A program made the position numbers and the translations under genes. From positions 151,094,001 through 151,158,000 of the forward strand of contig OZ024741.1 in the NCBI GenBank assembly GCA_964016885.1: DNA of 64,000 bases, read 5' to 3'. Source of the stretch: Eledone cirrhosa. Its lineage: Eukaryota. The notes beneath the pieces were generated by a model. It made no database searches, was not told the origin of the DNA, and saw nothing but the letters and a program-made list of their open reading frames with translations. Positions 1-14,351 of the stretch are shown here, piece by piece (within the stretch, counting starts at the first letter, position 1; the number at the start of each line of letters is the position of its first letter).

Positions 1-1196
1 GGACCCGTATATTAGCAGAGGTAAATATAGTGGGGGTCAGTGTGTTATAATGTGTGAGCAGAAGATTGGAACGTTACGTTTTTGTTTAGACTTATAGGAT
101 GAAGTTAAAAAATTAATATTTAATATTAAAGAAATTAGAAAATTTAAAGTTAAACAGTTTAACATGTTTAAGGTTGCGAGGTTTAAGCAAAGAAAGAGTC
201 TTTTAGGAAGACACTTAAATTTTATTATAGATTATGTCTTTGTTTAGCAGTCAAACAGCATGCGGCGACTACAAGCTTGGGCAGCCCATCACTCCGAGTG
301 ATATCGCCTAGCGAAAGATATGGAAATCGATTTTTCCGAGCACTCTAGGAATGTATAACAGGCTTGAGTTGCGCCAGGAGGAAGTCAGCCCGCATCTTTA
401 TGCCATTCTTGCACAAAACCAGTACTATTCCTTTACCCAGGAGGGGGGGGGGGTGCTTAAGCAGAAGGAGGCGTGATATATCTAATAGTTCTGATTTGAT
501 CTGTAATTTAAAGGGACGTAACGTTCCAATCTTCTGCTCACACATTATAACACACTGACCCCAAATATTTACCTCTGCTAAGATACGGGTCCCTGGGAAC
601 ATTTTTTTCACGCCATTCCTGGCCTAACTGTAGTCTGACATTAATATCGACCTTTCTTCCTCTTTCTTTCTATCTTTCTTCTTGTAGCCATCAACCCTGA
701 CTTTGCTACTTCTTCCTTTTCTTGCTTCTCTTCTCCCTTCTTTCTGTCCTCCTCCCGCTGACGTATCTTCCTTCCCCTTTTTGTTTGCCTTTATTTGACC
801 GGTAGTAGTTGTTAAGATACGGGTCCCTTAGAATAAAAAAAATGTTTCGCGGCAATCCTGGCCTGACTGTAATACCGACCTTTCCTCCTCTTTCTTTCTG
901 TCTTTCTTCTTATAGCTGACATTAACCCTGGCTTCTCTTCTTCTTCCTTCCCCTTCTTCTCTCTTCTTTCTTTCTTTCTTTCTTGTTTTCTTGTGGCATG
1001 ATATTAACGCTAACTTATGTTCCTATCCCTTTCTGTTTTCCTTTATTTGACCGGTAGTAGCACACTGTAAGCTTTAGCCACGTCACTCGAGGGCGACCGG
1101 CAAAGGTAGAAGATGCTGGATGGCGGTCGCCCTCGGGTCTTTGATTTTCAGCCCCATGGATTTTATTTATTACATTCACTTATTATATTTCGAATA

Positions 1197-1254
1197 CCAC
1201 CTGATGATATCACCGGATTCATACGGAACCCGGTCATTGAAATGATCATAGTAT
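1197..1254 (+). ncRNA. Minimal type-I hammerhead ribozyme (5' pLTR copy, stem I weakened)
   Basis: CTGATGA 1201-1207, stem II ACCGG/CCGGT, GAAA 1239-1242, palindromic TGATCA, TA, GTAT, then AATAAA. Confidence 0.7.
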
Positions 1255-3788
1255 AATAAACCTTTCAAGGATTTACACAAATCCAGCCTCCTGTCATTTC
1301 AATGTAATATTTAACTCCGTAATAGCACCACCAACTACAAAAACGAAGACGGTTGAACTGCTTTACGTTGAGTACTCTCTATATTATTACATTGCGATTG
1401 ACCATACGGAATTGACCAGCTCTATCCAGTGGTGAGCCTCAAATCTGAATAAATAATGCTCCTGAAATGTTGAGCACTTCCAAATATAATAATGAACAGC
1501 GGCATGGGACTGAATATATCTAACTACCATTCGGATTTTGGCTACTCAGTGTTTTTGGCTACTCAGTGTTTTTGCCTACCGCCCACCTGGCCCATTGCTA
1601 CTTCACTCTCAGAATATTCGTAATTCGATGAAATTCTACGGATTACACCATAACATGTATTCTACTGCACTGTATTAACTAAATTCGCTACCCTTCAGGG
1701 CATGTATAACTCACACTGGATTCTCAGACTCGAAAACACACTGATTCCATTTCCACATCTATATGCATTATCTGACTGCAACTTGAACTATATTGTATTT
1801 CTCCTGTGTTTTGATCTCTCCATTTACTCCACCACCACTCTTGTTTGTTTATTTATATCTTTATATCTTTATACCTTTGCTGTATTAATGCTTTTTCCAC
1901 GTATTATACTTCTATACATCCATGTATTTTTTACTTCCCTTATTCGGACTTTTACTCGCGTGTACCCTTTAGCACACGACACTGGAATGTCTCCCCCTGG
2001 GAACATAAATACTGCAACCTGAACTATATTGTATTTCTCCTATGTCTTGATTTCTCCATCTTACTCCACCACCACTCTTGTTGGTTTATTTATATATTTA
2101 TATCTTTACACCTTTGCTTTATTAATGTGCTTTTCCACGTATTCCACTTCTATGTATCCATGTATTTCTACTCCTCTTATTGGGACTTTTGCTCACTTGC
2201 ACCCATTAGCACACGACACTAGAAGAGTCTCCCCCTGAGAACAAAAATAAATATTACCCGACTATATCCCTTACTCTACATCCAACTAGGATAACTTATA
2301 GAAGATCTACATATACAATTAACGTTTCTTCATAAAAGACTCTCTTTAACTAAACCCCGCAACCCAAAACCTTAAAAAAGTTTTTTTAAATGTTTAATTT
2401 TCAATTTTCTGTTTGTTCAATTCTCAATCTTCTTACTCTTTAATTTTATAATGTTATTCTGAATTCTTTCAACTTCATCCTATAAATTTAAACAATATTT
2501 TAACGTTCCAACTTTCTGTCGGACTGTTGGGTTGGTTTTCCTGGCGGCGGGACAGCCCCCTGGCGTATAGGCCTACCTTGAGTGCTTGGAAAAATAAATT
2601 TCCCCTTCTTTCGGTAAATGAAACTACTTGGAGTTGCTTGATTCGCCCCAGGGGCCCGGCGCGCAGCCGATTTTTTAACCGCCATATAGTACCTTTAAAT
2701 TACAGATCAAATCAGAACTATTAGATATATCACGCCTCCCTCTACTTAAGCAAACCCCGCTCCTGGGTAAAGGAATAGTACTGGTTTTGTACAAGAATGG
2801 CATAACGATGCGGGCTGACTTCCTGCTGGCGCAACCGAACCTGTTATTCATTCCTAGAGTGCTCGGAAAAATCGATTTCCATATCTTTCGCTAGGCGATA
2901 TCACTCGGAGTGATGGGCTGCCCAAGCTTGTAGTCGCCGCATGCTGTTTGACGGCTAAACAAAGACATAATCTTTACTCTATAATAAAATGTAAGTGTCT
3001 TCATAAAAGACTCTTTCTTTGCTTAAACCTCGCAACCTTAAAAATGTTAAACTGTTTAACTTTAAATTTTCTAATTTCTTTAATATTAAATATTAATTTT
3101 TTAACTTCATCCTATAAGTCTCAACAAAAACGTAACGTTCCAATCTTCTGCTCACACATTATAACACACTGACCTCCACTATATTTACCTCTGCTAATAT
3201 ACGGGTCCCTGTGAACATTTTCTTCGCGCCATTCCTGGCCTGACTGTAGTCTGACATTAATATCGACCTTTCTTCCTCTTTCTTTCTTCTTGTAGCCATC
3301 AACCCTGACTTTGCTACTTCTTCCTTTTCTTCCTTCTCTTCTCCCTTCTTTCTGTCCTCCTCCCGCTGACTTATCTTCCTTCCCCTTTTTGTTTGCCTAT
3401 ATTTGACCGGTAGTAGTTGTTAGAATAAAAAAATGTTTCGCGACAATCCTGGCCTGACTGTAATACCGACCTTCCCTCCTCTTTCTTTCTGTCTTTCTTC
3501 TTATAGCTGACATTAACCCTGGCTTCTTTTCTTCTTCCTTCCCCCTTCTTCTCTCTTCTTTCTTTCTTTCTTTCTTTCTCTTTTCTTGTGCCATGATATT
3601 AACGCTAACTTATGTTCCTATCCCTTTCTGTTTTCCTGTATTTGACCGGTAGTAGCACACTGTAAGCTTTAGCCACGTCACTCGAGGGCGACCGGCAAAG
3701 GTAGAAGATGCTGGATGGCGGTCGCCCTCGGGTCTTTGACTTTCAGCCCCATGGATTTCATCTATTACATTCACTTATTATATTTCGA

Positions 3789-3846
3789 ATACCTGATGAT
3801 ATCACCGGATTCATACGGAACCCGGTCATTGAAATGATCATAGTAT
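3789..3846 (+). ncRNA. Minimal type-I hammerhead ribozyme
   Basis: ATAC-CTGATGA-(stem II)-GAAA-TGATCA-TA-GTAT. Stem I is ATAC/GTAT, with AATAAA at 3847-3852. Confidence 0.8.
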
Positions 3847-3900
3847 AATAAACCTTTCAAGGATTTACACAAATCCAGCCTCCTGTCATTTCATTATAAT

Positions 3901-3934
<34 letters not shown>

Positions 3935-3993
3935 CGGCAATGAATTAGTTTTGCGAGGTTTTTTATATGAAATCGTGTGTCGAAATAGATATT

Positions 3994-4103
3994 GTTATAT
4001 TTGGGGAGGGTCATATTTGCGTAATATTGCCAGAATTAATAACAGAACACACTCACTGTTATTAATTCTGGCAATATTACGCAAATATGACCCTCCCCAA
4101 ATA

Positions 4104-4107
<4 letters not shown>
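3994..4107. repeat. Perfect palindrome made of a Penelope 3' terminus
   Basis: ~52-bp arms around the loop AACACACTCA. The arm matches the 3' end of the element at 50924. Confidence 0.85.
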
Positions 4108-4164
<57 letters not shown>

Positions 4165-4201
4165 CTATATCCTTATGCATATATATATATGTATACATAT
4201 T

Positions 4202-4548
4202 GTTATACTTTGGGAGGGTCATGTTGCCAATAAGAAACACACGCACCAGTTACTTTCACTCCAATTTACTATAAATTAAATTAAATTTAAGAATTTATAA
4301 ATTTCCGGTTGGTTGATTGGATGGTTCCCTAACCGGACGGTTGTTCATATATTGTCAAAGTTATTTCGTCACACATTCTGTGACCTCTTCAGTGACTGGA
4401 GATTCTTCTCTTTGTTTTGTGCCTCTCCTTTGTTCTGTCCTACGCCATCTTCTCGGTTGGTTGTGGAACCAACCAACCAACCGGATTGGAGTGAAAGCGA
4501 CTGGTGCGTGTGTTTCTTATTGGCAACATGACCCTCCCAAAGTATAAC
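4202..4548 (-). mobile_element. Fold-back Penelope 3' stub with hammerhead (4354-4396, minus)
   Basis: Inverted terminal arms GTTATACTTTGGGAGGGTCATG... Minus strand reads GTCA-CTGAAGA-GGTCACA/TGTGAC-GAAA-TAAC-TT-TGAC. Confidence 0.75.
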
Positions 4549-5289
4549 AATATCGGTTTCAACACACGTTTTCAGATAAAGAATCTTGCTAAACAAATTC
4601 AGAAACATATATATATATATAGGGAGAGAGAGGGAGGGAGAAAGAAACAGAGAGAGTGAGAGAGAGAGAGATGTCGATATATATATATATATATATATAT
4701 TTCTATATCATTATGCATATATATATATATCCTTATGCACGCATACATACACACACAAACACAAGCGCACATGTAATAACTGCTACACACATACGTATGA
4801 TCGAATACATTTACACTCGTACGCACACATACAAATCCGAACAGAGATAAAAAGATGCATACATTCAAATTCACGCACACACATACAAAACCGCCATCGC
4901 ACACACTCATACACGAATGGACTCGTACGTACGCACACACTCAAACACATATATATTCATGCATGCGTCTAAATACATACACATGTATACGCAAACTCAG
5001 GCACAGAGACATACATAGATAAAACGAGAAATCTATCACTCTTCGCCACTTCAGTAATCAAAACCTTCTCTAACCAGAATAATGAGCTCATTAGAATAAC
5101 AAAATTAATTAAAAACAGAATAGAATGATTCCCAAAGGAAACACATGCATCCATGTATGGATATAACAATAACAGCACCAACAGTATCTCTATTATCATC
5201 ATTCTCCTGAACACGCCCCCCCCCCCCCCCTCACACACACACCGCAATTACCGATCTCACCATACACCATCAGGAACAGAGCCCCCCAC

Positions 5290-5920
5290 CGCCGTCGCCA
5301 CTGCCAACACCACCACCACCACCACTATCACCGCCGCGCCCTCTACACCACCACAATCACAGCCACAGTTACACTACCACCACTGATACATTACCACCAC
5401 CACCACGACCACCACCACCATAACCACAACCATCGCCACCACCACCACCACTATCATCGCCGCTACACCACCACCACCACCACCACTACCACTATCACCG
5501 CCGCTACACCACCACCACAATCACAGCCACAGTTACACTACCACCACTGATACATTACCACCACCACCACCACCATAACCACAACCACCACCACCACCAC
5601 TATCACCGCCGCTACACCACCACCACAATCACAGCCACAGTTACACTACCACCACTGATACATTACCACCACCACCACCACCACCATAACCACAACCATC
5701 GCCACCACCACCACCACCGCCTCTACACCACCACCACCACCATAACCACAACCACCACCACCACCACTATCACCGCCGCTACACCACCACAATCACAGCC
5801 ACAGTTACACTACCACCACTGATACATTACCACCACCACCACCACCACCATAACCACAACCATCGCCACCACCACCACCACCGCCTCTACACCACCACCA
5901 CCACCACTATCACCGCCGCA
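5290..5920. repeat. (CAC)n-based compound minisatellite with ~100-180 bp higher-order units
   Basis: The block CACAATCACAGCCACAGTTACACTACCACCACTGATACATTAC recurs four times. Confidence 0.85.
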
Positions 5921-6799
5921 GCCTCTTCCCCACCCCCCACCGCCGCTACCCCCACCCCCACCACCACAATCAACGCCATTACTACACTACCACCACAACC
6001 ACCACCGCAACCACCGCCACTGCTACACTACCAACACCGCCACGATCGCAGATCACTAGCCTCACTACCACCACCACCAGCAGCAGCAACAACAGTAGCA
6101 ACAACAACAACACAACCGCAGCATTACCATCACTAAACAATAATTACATCATCAAAAACAATAATCAGGTCGTCATAACCGTCATCAATATCATTATCAT
6201 CGACAACGGCAATAACCACAACGTCATCAGTATCTTCTCATCCTCATCATCATCATCATCATCAGCATCATCATCACCATCATCATCCCCATTACAAGCT
6301 TCACCATTACAACCTTTAACAACACCATAAATATATAACGTCGCTGCCACTGAAATGAAACCAGTAAAATGACAAAGAGAATATATGAATAAAGCAGAGT
6401 GTCAAAGGCCAAACTCTGTTAATGTTTAGTATTTAGTATTAATGAAAAGGGAGCTCACTTGCCCTTCATCATATGTATTAATCTTCAATGCAAAACAGAA
6501 TGAAGGTCCGAATCTAAATATTAAAGTTAATGTTTAGTATTTCATTTTATCATGTAATTTTAGTTTTTCTTCATCAACTTCAGAAGCCTGTTTCATTAGC
6601 GTCATAACCTCATCAGCCCAGCTCATGGATAGTTATTGAAAATCCCTGTGGACACTTTTCTAACACCTCTCGGCGGAATATTAAACCTATGTATGAAGAG
6701 TGAAATATCGAAAAAAAAAAAACTCACAAAAAAACGTATGAATTAGCATAGAGTAGCGGTAAAGAAATATCTTTGCCTACAAAGCTGGGCCAGTTTAAT

Positions 6800-6908
6800 A
6801 ATTGTTTCTACTTTTGGCACAAGGCCAGCAATTATCCCAGTGCATTGCTGGTACTTTATTTTATCGACCGCGTAAGGATGAAAGGAAAAGTTAACCTTTC
6901 ATCCTTAC
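6800..6908 (-). mobile_element. 5'-truncated tRNA-derived SINE with 13-bp target-site duplication
   Basis: Matches the SINE 3' half at 24940 and 25831. TSD GGGCCAGTTTAAT at 6787-6799 and 6909-6921. Confidence 0.75.
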
Positions 6909-7323
6909 GGGCCAGTTTAATGATATCTCATTGTTTTCATGGGTAAAATTATGTTTTGCTTACTATGTCGGAAGCCAACATCTGTTCTGCAGCAGAATTA
7001 TTTTATCCATAACCAGCTTCCATCATCGACTATCGAACAGCCAATGGCTTTCTATAGTTAAAAATTATGTGTATTAGTACTTTCAATTCAAAATTTATAT
7101 GATGTTGGTTTCATCCACACCGAACAAAAGCTCAACAGTTTTCAATGAACTCCCCAAGTAAAAACCATTTAAATAACAATGATATAATATTGTTTTTCTT
7201 TATGATGTGAACGCTTGAGGGGAATCGTGAGATTTCAAACGTTGGTACCGCCTTAAGGCATATACTATATCGCACACACACACACATACACACATTTATA
7301 TATATAAAGAAAAAGAAATATAC

Positions 7324-7354
<31 letters not shown>

Positions 7355-8363
7355 CTCATATATATATATACTCACACGTATATACACATAAACATACACA
7401 CACTTATACATATATACACACATGCACACACGCACACACATACAAACATATGCACACACACAGGCGCACACACATATATTTGTTAGAAATATCATTAAGC
7501 GGTTGGACTATTTCTTGAGAACTAATTAATGATGTACTTCACAAAACTACCACCACCACCATTTCATCCCTCTAGCCACAACACCACGCCACACACACAA
7601 CCTCCATTTTATTATTCTCCCCGTAGAATCGAAGTATCGAAGTAAGAAACGAAGAAAAATATAAATATGCAAAAAACAAATATATATATATATATATATA
7701 TATAAATTCTTTATTTATTTACATTTTATTTTAATTTTAATTTAAAAAAAATAAAAATCTAAACAAGAAACAGCCATTACAAATATTTAACAGATAATGA
7801 TAAACATATCATCATCATAACCACCACCGCCACCACCACATCCACCACGCCCACCACCACATCCAGCACCACGACCACCACCACCACCACCACCACCACC
7901 ATCATCATCATGTCAGAGAAAGTGCTTTTAGGTATTTATTCTTTCATTATGTGATATTGTACTTCTATTCCGTTACCAATTTATTCTTTAATACGTTTAT
8001 TCTTATATACAAACATTTTATAGAAGTTTGCGTCGAATTTAAAAAAAACCCGAGTAGTTGATACGTATTTATTTCATAGACCCTAGAATGATGGAAGCTA
8101 AAATAAACCCTACTCGATTATGAATACTGACGTTAAGGGATGTAACTAAAAAAGCGCAAGCACGATGCCTGATAAAACAACTGATGGTGCTGTGGTCTCT
8201 GATTCTAGGTGTCAATAGAGGCAGGTCTTAGACATGCCGATTGCACTTAGAGGGAGAAATTGAAGTACACTACACAACAGAACATATCCAAAACTAAATA
8301 GGAAAACATTAGTGAAGAACACATTTGTATTGAACAGAATTCACCACAAAAATAGACGAATAA

Positions 8364-9740
8364 TCTATACTATAAAGCTGACGGCCATATGTAGGTGACA
8401 AGCTTTCCCCAATCGGCTGGACCAAACAGCACCAAATTTGCACCATAGATGTAACTTTTTCCAAGTAAAAACGTGAGGGTATTTTTGTTTACTGAATTTT
8501 GTTAAAAGATTAAAGACATTATTTAAATATTCACTTCTTTAATATTTCAAATGTCAACACTTCCGGTTATACGTCATTCCTCACTTTTTCTAATGACATC
8601 GCACAACATTCCCCTCTTTTTCTTAGTCTGTATGTCTGGCTTTCTGCATTAGATAATTTTTTTTGAAATATTTACTTCTGCGTTCACATACTGAGATTTT
8701 AAGTTTCAGAAGATCCCGTTAAAGGTGAAAGCAGCGATTCTTTGCTTAAACTTTAACCTGTTATTTTAATATATATATTCGTGTACAGATATTTTTGCAT
8801 ACACAAAAACAAAAACCTGTTTATTTCACGAAAGAACAGGCGGCTTATTGTCATTGTTACTGTTCGAGGTTAGAGGACCACAGTCTTTCACAGATCTGAG
8901 AACCATCAATGGTCATCAATATTTCACTTAACGTTTGGCTTGCCAGATGCGTGGTATGTTACACGATGACAGCCATTGGCACCTCACTCTGCAAGAAGCA
9001 GCAACTGCTAAAGTCCCTTCTCAGCTGCGAAAACTTTTTGCTATTATGCTGCACAACTTCAATCTCGCGGACCCTCTTGCACTGTGGAACAACCACCGCG
9101 AAAGTCTAGCTGAGAACATCCTCCACCGCACACGCAGACACAATCCGAACGTAACATACGATGTCGTTTTCAATGAGGCGCTCATTTGTCTTGAAAACAG
9201 TGTCTTGGAGATTGGTGGTAGGCCTCTAAGTCACTACAGCTTACCTGCTCCTGACAGGAGTGTCTAGAGGTCAACGTCTACAGAGCTTCCCCGCGAGACG
9301 AGCTACGACCTCAGAGATTCTCCTATGGTTAATTGTATGTAGGATGCTCTACGGTTAGCTCGCCAAACAATCTTTTCATCTTTGCTCTGGAGGGCCGAAC
9401 AAAAAATATTGTTTACTCTGAGGCTCTAACAATGTAATTTAAATATTTCTGTTACTTGTAATTTCCATTATGGTTGTACAAAATATTGTTTGTTAAAAGT
9501 GTGTTCTCTGTTCATCCTTTATTGTTGTATTTTTCAATTATCTTTAACGTACTGGCTGTTGAACTGGGGAATCCTAAAAACTATTCAAACCCAACATCAG
9601 AGCACGTTAAGCCCCTCCTTCACACACCCTCGCTGACTTGAGAGGGCGTGCGGTATCTTTGACGTAGAGTATAGGGGGGATTCCTGAAAAGATAAAATGC
9701 CGGTATAACTAGCCGAGGGCCAGCCGGACGGGCCATCAAG
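8364..9740 (+). mobile_element. Internally deleted Helitron
   Basis: 5' A|TCTATACTATAAAG. 3' GC-rich hairpin (GGCC...GGCC) followed by CAAG|T, close to the CTAG consensus. Rep/helicase remnants lie inside. Confidence 0.8.
8840..9428 (+). pseudogene. Helitron RepHel (PIF1-like helicase) remnants
   Basis: VRGPQSFTDLRTING; ORF 8935-9267 ACQMRGMLHDDSHW...LRKLFAIML; then a jump to the C-terminal LYVGCS...TKNIVYSEAL. Confidence 0.8.
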
Positions 9741-9789
9741 TGTTAGATAAAATACTAAAAACGTTAAACTAAAAACTCAGTCTAGAAAA

Positions 9790-9917
9790 AGCCGTCGAAA
9801 CGGTTTGAGCTCTGCCGTCAGGGTCCTGAACTTTCTCCTATTACCCACTCTACTACCCAAAGTATCGAATACTCTGGTGCGTTATGGACCACCTGGTTCC
9901 TTACCACACTTCCTTCA
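9790..9917 (+). mobile_element. Short (TA)n-inserted Penelope 3' stub, family S (GAAA-CGGCTTGAGCTCAGCCG-TC)
   Basis: The same sequence recurs at 10487-10565, 10790-10970, 16621-16704, 39110-39400, 57116-57304, 61962-62040 and 63061-63253. Confidence 0.7.
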
Positions 9918-9920
9918 TTA

Positions 9921-10009
<89 letters not shown>

Positions 10010-10133
10010 AAAGGTAAACAGAAATAACAACAACATTGGTACAGTATATGGAAGGGATATATTAAGTTAACGCTTGATATAGCAGGAAGAGGGTCTTAAC
10101 GTTTCGGACGTTAGTCCTTCATCATGAGAAAGA

Positions 10134-10242
<109 letters not shown>

Positions 10243-10597
10243 TATATAACTTGTAGAAAACTTATAATGAAACAATTGTTTGGAAAGAGAGATGTATTTT
10301 AACTTTAATTATATCTCATAAAATAATACAACTGGTTTTTCCACATTATACATATTGTTAGTACCCCAAACACTTAAATTGGGTTTATATTTAAATATAA
10401 CCTAATGTTTGTTGAGTGAGATGGTTCCCAGTCAGAGTTTAGCTTTAAACTATCTCTGTTATTGTATTAAATATATATATATATATAACGAAGGAGGTGT
10501 GGTAAGGAACCAGATGGACCATAACGCACCAGAGTCGAAACGGCTTGAGCTCTGCAGTCGGGGTCAAACATTATCATATATATATATATGTGTGTGA

Positions 10598-10631
<34 letters not shown>

Positions 10632-10657
10632 GTATATATGTATATACATATATATAC

Positions 10658-10688
<31 letters not shown>

Positions 10689-10700
10689 AACGCACAATTT

Positions 10701-10763
<63 letters not shown>

Positions 10764-11246
10764 CACAGCATATATTTATGATGAATTCGGGCCCTCGACG
10801 GTTGAGATCCTGTCGTTTTAACAGGTAGATCCGAGTTCGGATCTAGCTGTTGAAACGGCCGGAGCCTGGCCGTCGGGGTCCCGAATTGTTCATATGACCC
10901 TCTCTACTATACCATGTATCGAGTACTCTGGTGAGTAATGGTCAAACTGGTTTTTACTGCATCCATCCTGATATCTATATATGTGCATATGTGTGTATGT
11001 GCTTATGTGTGTTTATGTGTGTGTATTTATGTGTGTATGTGTGTATCTGTATCTTTTTTTTTTCGTGTTTTCCATGATAGATTGAACGGATTGTCACAGT
11101 TCTCGATTCGGCAGATCAGGTGACTCTGTTTTATACGTTCCATTGTTTTTACACCTGGATACGCAGAGTGTACTGGGTGCACCATCACTATAAATTCACG
11201 CATACGCACAGACACACACATACATGCATACATATATATATATATA

Positions 11247-11486
11247 TACGATATATTAACAAATGGAAACTATATTTATAAAACCATATTTATTTCATTA
11301 TACATATTTCAAGGACACCTAGTGTCTTGGTGTCCTTGAAATATGTATAATGAAATAAATATGTTTTTTTAAATATAGTTTCCATTTGTTAATATATCGT
11401 AGTTTTACTCCAATAATTTGTTGAGTGCTTTATATCAGTTATAAAAATATTTGCTTGTTGTATCCCAATAAATTAAATATAACTTC

Positions 11487-11490
<4 letters not shown>
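11247..11490 (+). mobile_element. Fold-back Penelope 3' stub (palindrome 11247-11401)
   Basis: Arms are centred at ~11322 in hammerhead stem II. Same family as 15862-16110 and 38803-38945. Confidence 0.7.
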
Positions 11491-11519
<29 letters not shown>

Positions 11520-11525
<6 letters not shown>

Positions 11526-11820
11526 GACATCCATCAGTTACGACGGTGAGTGTTCTAATTCGTGGGACACCCTGCTCCTCAGATTAACGTGAAAGTGACT
11601 GAACATTCAAAAGGAAAAGAAAAGCTGTGCCCTTAGCGTAATACTGAGCGAGAATCTGCGTGGCACAATGTGTGACATAGATAATCATTTGAATCATAGG
11701 TACAAATCATTATTTGCAGCTGATTGGAATAAACATTCAAGGACGCAACATGCTGCTGGGAATAGAACTCACGTCATTGTATTTGTGAGTCGAACAGTCT
11801 TACCAAGAAGCTATGCGCCT
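11520..11820 (-). mobile_element. Diverged SINE copy (related copies at ~16950-17250 and 28000-28260)
   Basis: Three mutually similar ~280-bp dispersed copies. Orientation is inferred. Confidence 0.5.
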
Positions 11821-12021
11821 TCACAGAAATACATATATTTACATACATATATTTATAAACAGGAAAATGTATAAATACCACCATAACGCATTAACAGTCG
11901 GCTTTCCTTCGAATGAAACAGTTCGAGTCCTGTAGAAGCCATTTCTATATTAAATATTTATACTCTGCTATGTATTGAGTACCTTACTTACTGTGGTTAC
12001 CGCAATTAAACCCGGGATACA

Positions 12022-12127
<106 letters not shown>

Positions 12128-12733
12128 CTTCTATTTGTATTATTATCTCCTAGACTTAATGATTAATTGATTAATTTAATTAGACAATTCTATTGATTGG
12201 TTAATTATTTATTATTTATGTTTGTTTATAACGTCTGGTCGAGAGCTTTATTCGGTTTGTGGAAAGGAATTTATTCCTTTGTTCAAAATTTGAATTTTGA
12301 CCGCCAAAACCCGGGGGTTACCTCCCTTTGGGAAAATCATGTGACTGCCAGCGATGTTACTGCTATAACTCACACCCAGCAGCGGCAAAGAACCCTTACC
12401 TGTTGTGAAAGTGAAACCTCTGTTCGGTCTTCCAAAACCAATAACTTGCATACCACGCAAGTGGATTTTGTTGATATCGATTTCACAGAAACCTAGCGGA
12501 GATATTGCTTAATATCGACGAGATGGTTGAGGTTTGTCAAATTATCCTGAGTCAGTTTTCCCGTTGCTTTGGTCCCGGCAGCTGGCTTACCGGTTGCAAT
12601 CTTCAATTTGCCAAGCTGTCTAAACGTAATGTTATTATTGTAAGGTAAAATACCTTATTGAGTGCTTAGCTGCACATTCTGATTGCATTCGTTAGCTTAG
12701 CTGCAGCCAGAGCTTCGATTATGCTGATATATT

Positions 12734-12769
<36 letters not shown>

Positions 12770-14159
12770 AATGGTTTGTAACATTCGTTCACCAACTTGA
12801 GCACTCGATACACAGGTGAGTCCGTTGTAGTACAGCATTTGGTATGTACATTTGGTATTATAACATGGTCGGTCTCCTTCATAAGTAGAGTGTTAATTAT
12901 AGTAATGAGTAGGAACGAGGTGTCATATTATCATTATTAAATTTATTCAGGTGTGACGGGCTTTTGTTATTGATCACCTCAAACTACGGACCGTATCGAT
13001 CGAGCCTGAGTCTGATGAGCTGTCACGTGACAATAGTTCAAACGTAACGTTAGAAACCACCCCCACTACAACGACAGACATGAACAGTGTTTCCACTACC
13101 ACCACAAACATCGCTGCTGGCTGCAATAGCAACGACGCCAGCGGCAACAATCTGCCAAGCGAAAATGAAAACTACGGAAAACATTTTCCTCATTTATTAC
13201 CTTCACTGAAAATATCTTTCAAAACAACCCCTACCAAAAACAACAACACAAAAAAAAAAAAACCAAGCAAAACAGCAACAACTATATTGCAAAAACCACC
13301 ACCACCATCACCACCACCACCACCAATGCCACTACCACAACAACAACAACCACGGGAAAAAAGTATAACAGAAACATATAGGAAAAGCAGCAACATCAGT
13401 CATAATATGAACATCAATAACAATAGCACTAACAAAAACAACAGTAGCAACACAACAACAACATAACAAACAACAGTAACAACAGCAACAAACACATTTG
13501 CGGCCGTCGCAGCTGAGAAAAGGTTATGTCTTCACATAGACGTAACTGATAAAGAACAATGTTTGGCCCAAGCATGGAAAGTAATCAAACGTGATGCATT
13601 TCGGTGTGGACCTGCAAAGCGGAAGTGATACTTGAGCTGAAGTTGAGGCCACACTGAAGTGCATCTAATATGACATTGAGTTCAAGAGAAATGGGCAGGC
13701 AATTCGGCACTACGCTAGTGCTGTTTAAGTCTGAAGCCCACACTCAATGGCCCCCTATAGGACGGAGCATGCGGAAGATAGGGAAAAGCGAATAGGAAAT
13801 TGAAAAATGAAAAATCGATCCGGAGACTGCCTGTAAAAAACTGTTGAGGACTGCCTTTTGAAACTACCACAATTATTTTTTTACAGGCAGATACCGGGTC
13901 AAATTTTCATTTTTTAATTTCCTATACTCTTTTCCTATCTTCCATAAGTTTGGGTTCAATGTAATCCTGGTATGTAATTCTGTCGAGGTTACTTGATGAG
14001 ATAGTCCTGACTTGCATCATATTTGTATGATGGAGGTGGACCATTGAAATATGTGTATTGATTTCATAGAATAAAAAATTTAAAGCATACCTTCTCGTTC
14101 GGTTATCTGTTGTTTTATAAATAAATAAATATATATACATATATCTATATCTATATTTG

Positions 14160-14240
<81 letters not shown>

Positions 14241-14301
14241 ATAATACACACACGCACTCACTCCCAAAACCCACACACACACAGAAAACCCAGACCCCCC
14301 A

Positions 14302-14351
<50 letters not shown>

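Larger units (their letters stand above)
1..3893 (+). mobile_element. Non-autonomous Penelope-like element with direct pseudo-LTRs and an inverted 5' segment (runs off the window start)
   Basis: 517-1300 is a direct repeat of 3131-3893. 1-514 is the reverse complement of 2692-3208. Each direct repeat ends in a hammerhead plus AATAAA, and the element ends in (TA)n. There is an internal ~240-bp tandem duplication (1771-2240). Confidence 0.75.

Noticed and set aside
5290-5920. CRISPR-like repeat-spacer pattern
   Set aside because: The spacers are CAC low-complexity in a eukaryotic context; it is a minisatellite.
13008-13055. CTGATGA-hairpin-CAAA hammerhead-like motif (similar decayed cases at 10093-10130, 14442, 38868 and 56001)
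   Set aside because: Core nucleotides or stem I are broken. At most these are decayed copies.
13080-13700. Asn/Thr/Pro-rich ORF followed by TFAAVAA, resembling a LINE ORF1 start
   Set aside because: Low complexity and no downstream diagnostic domain.
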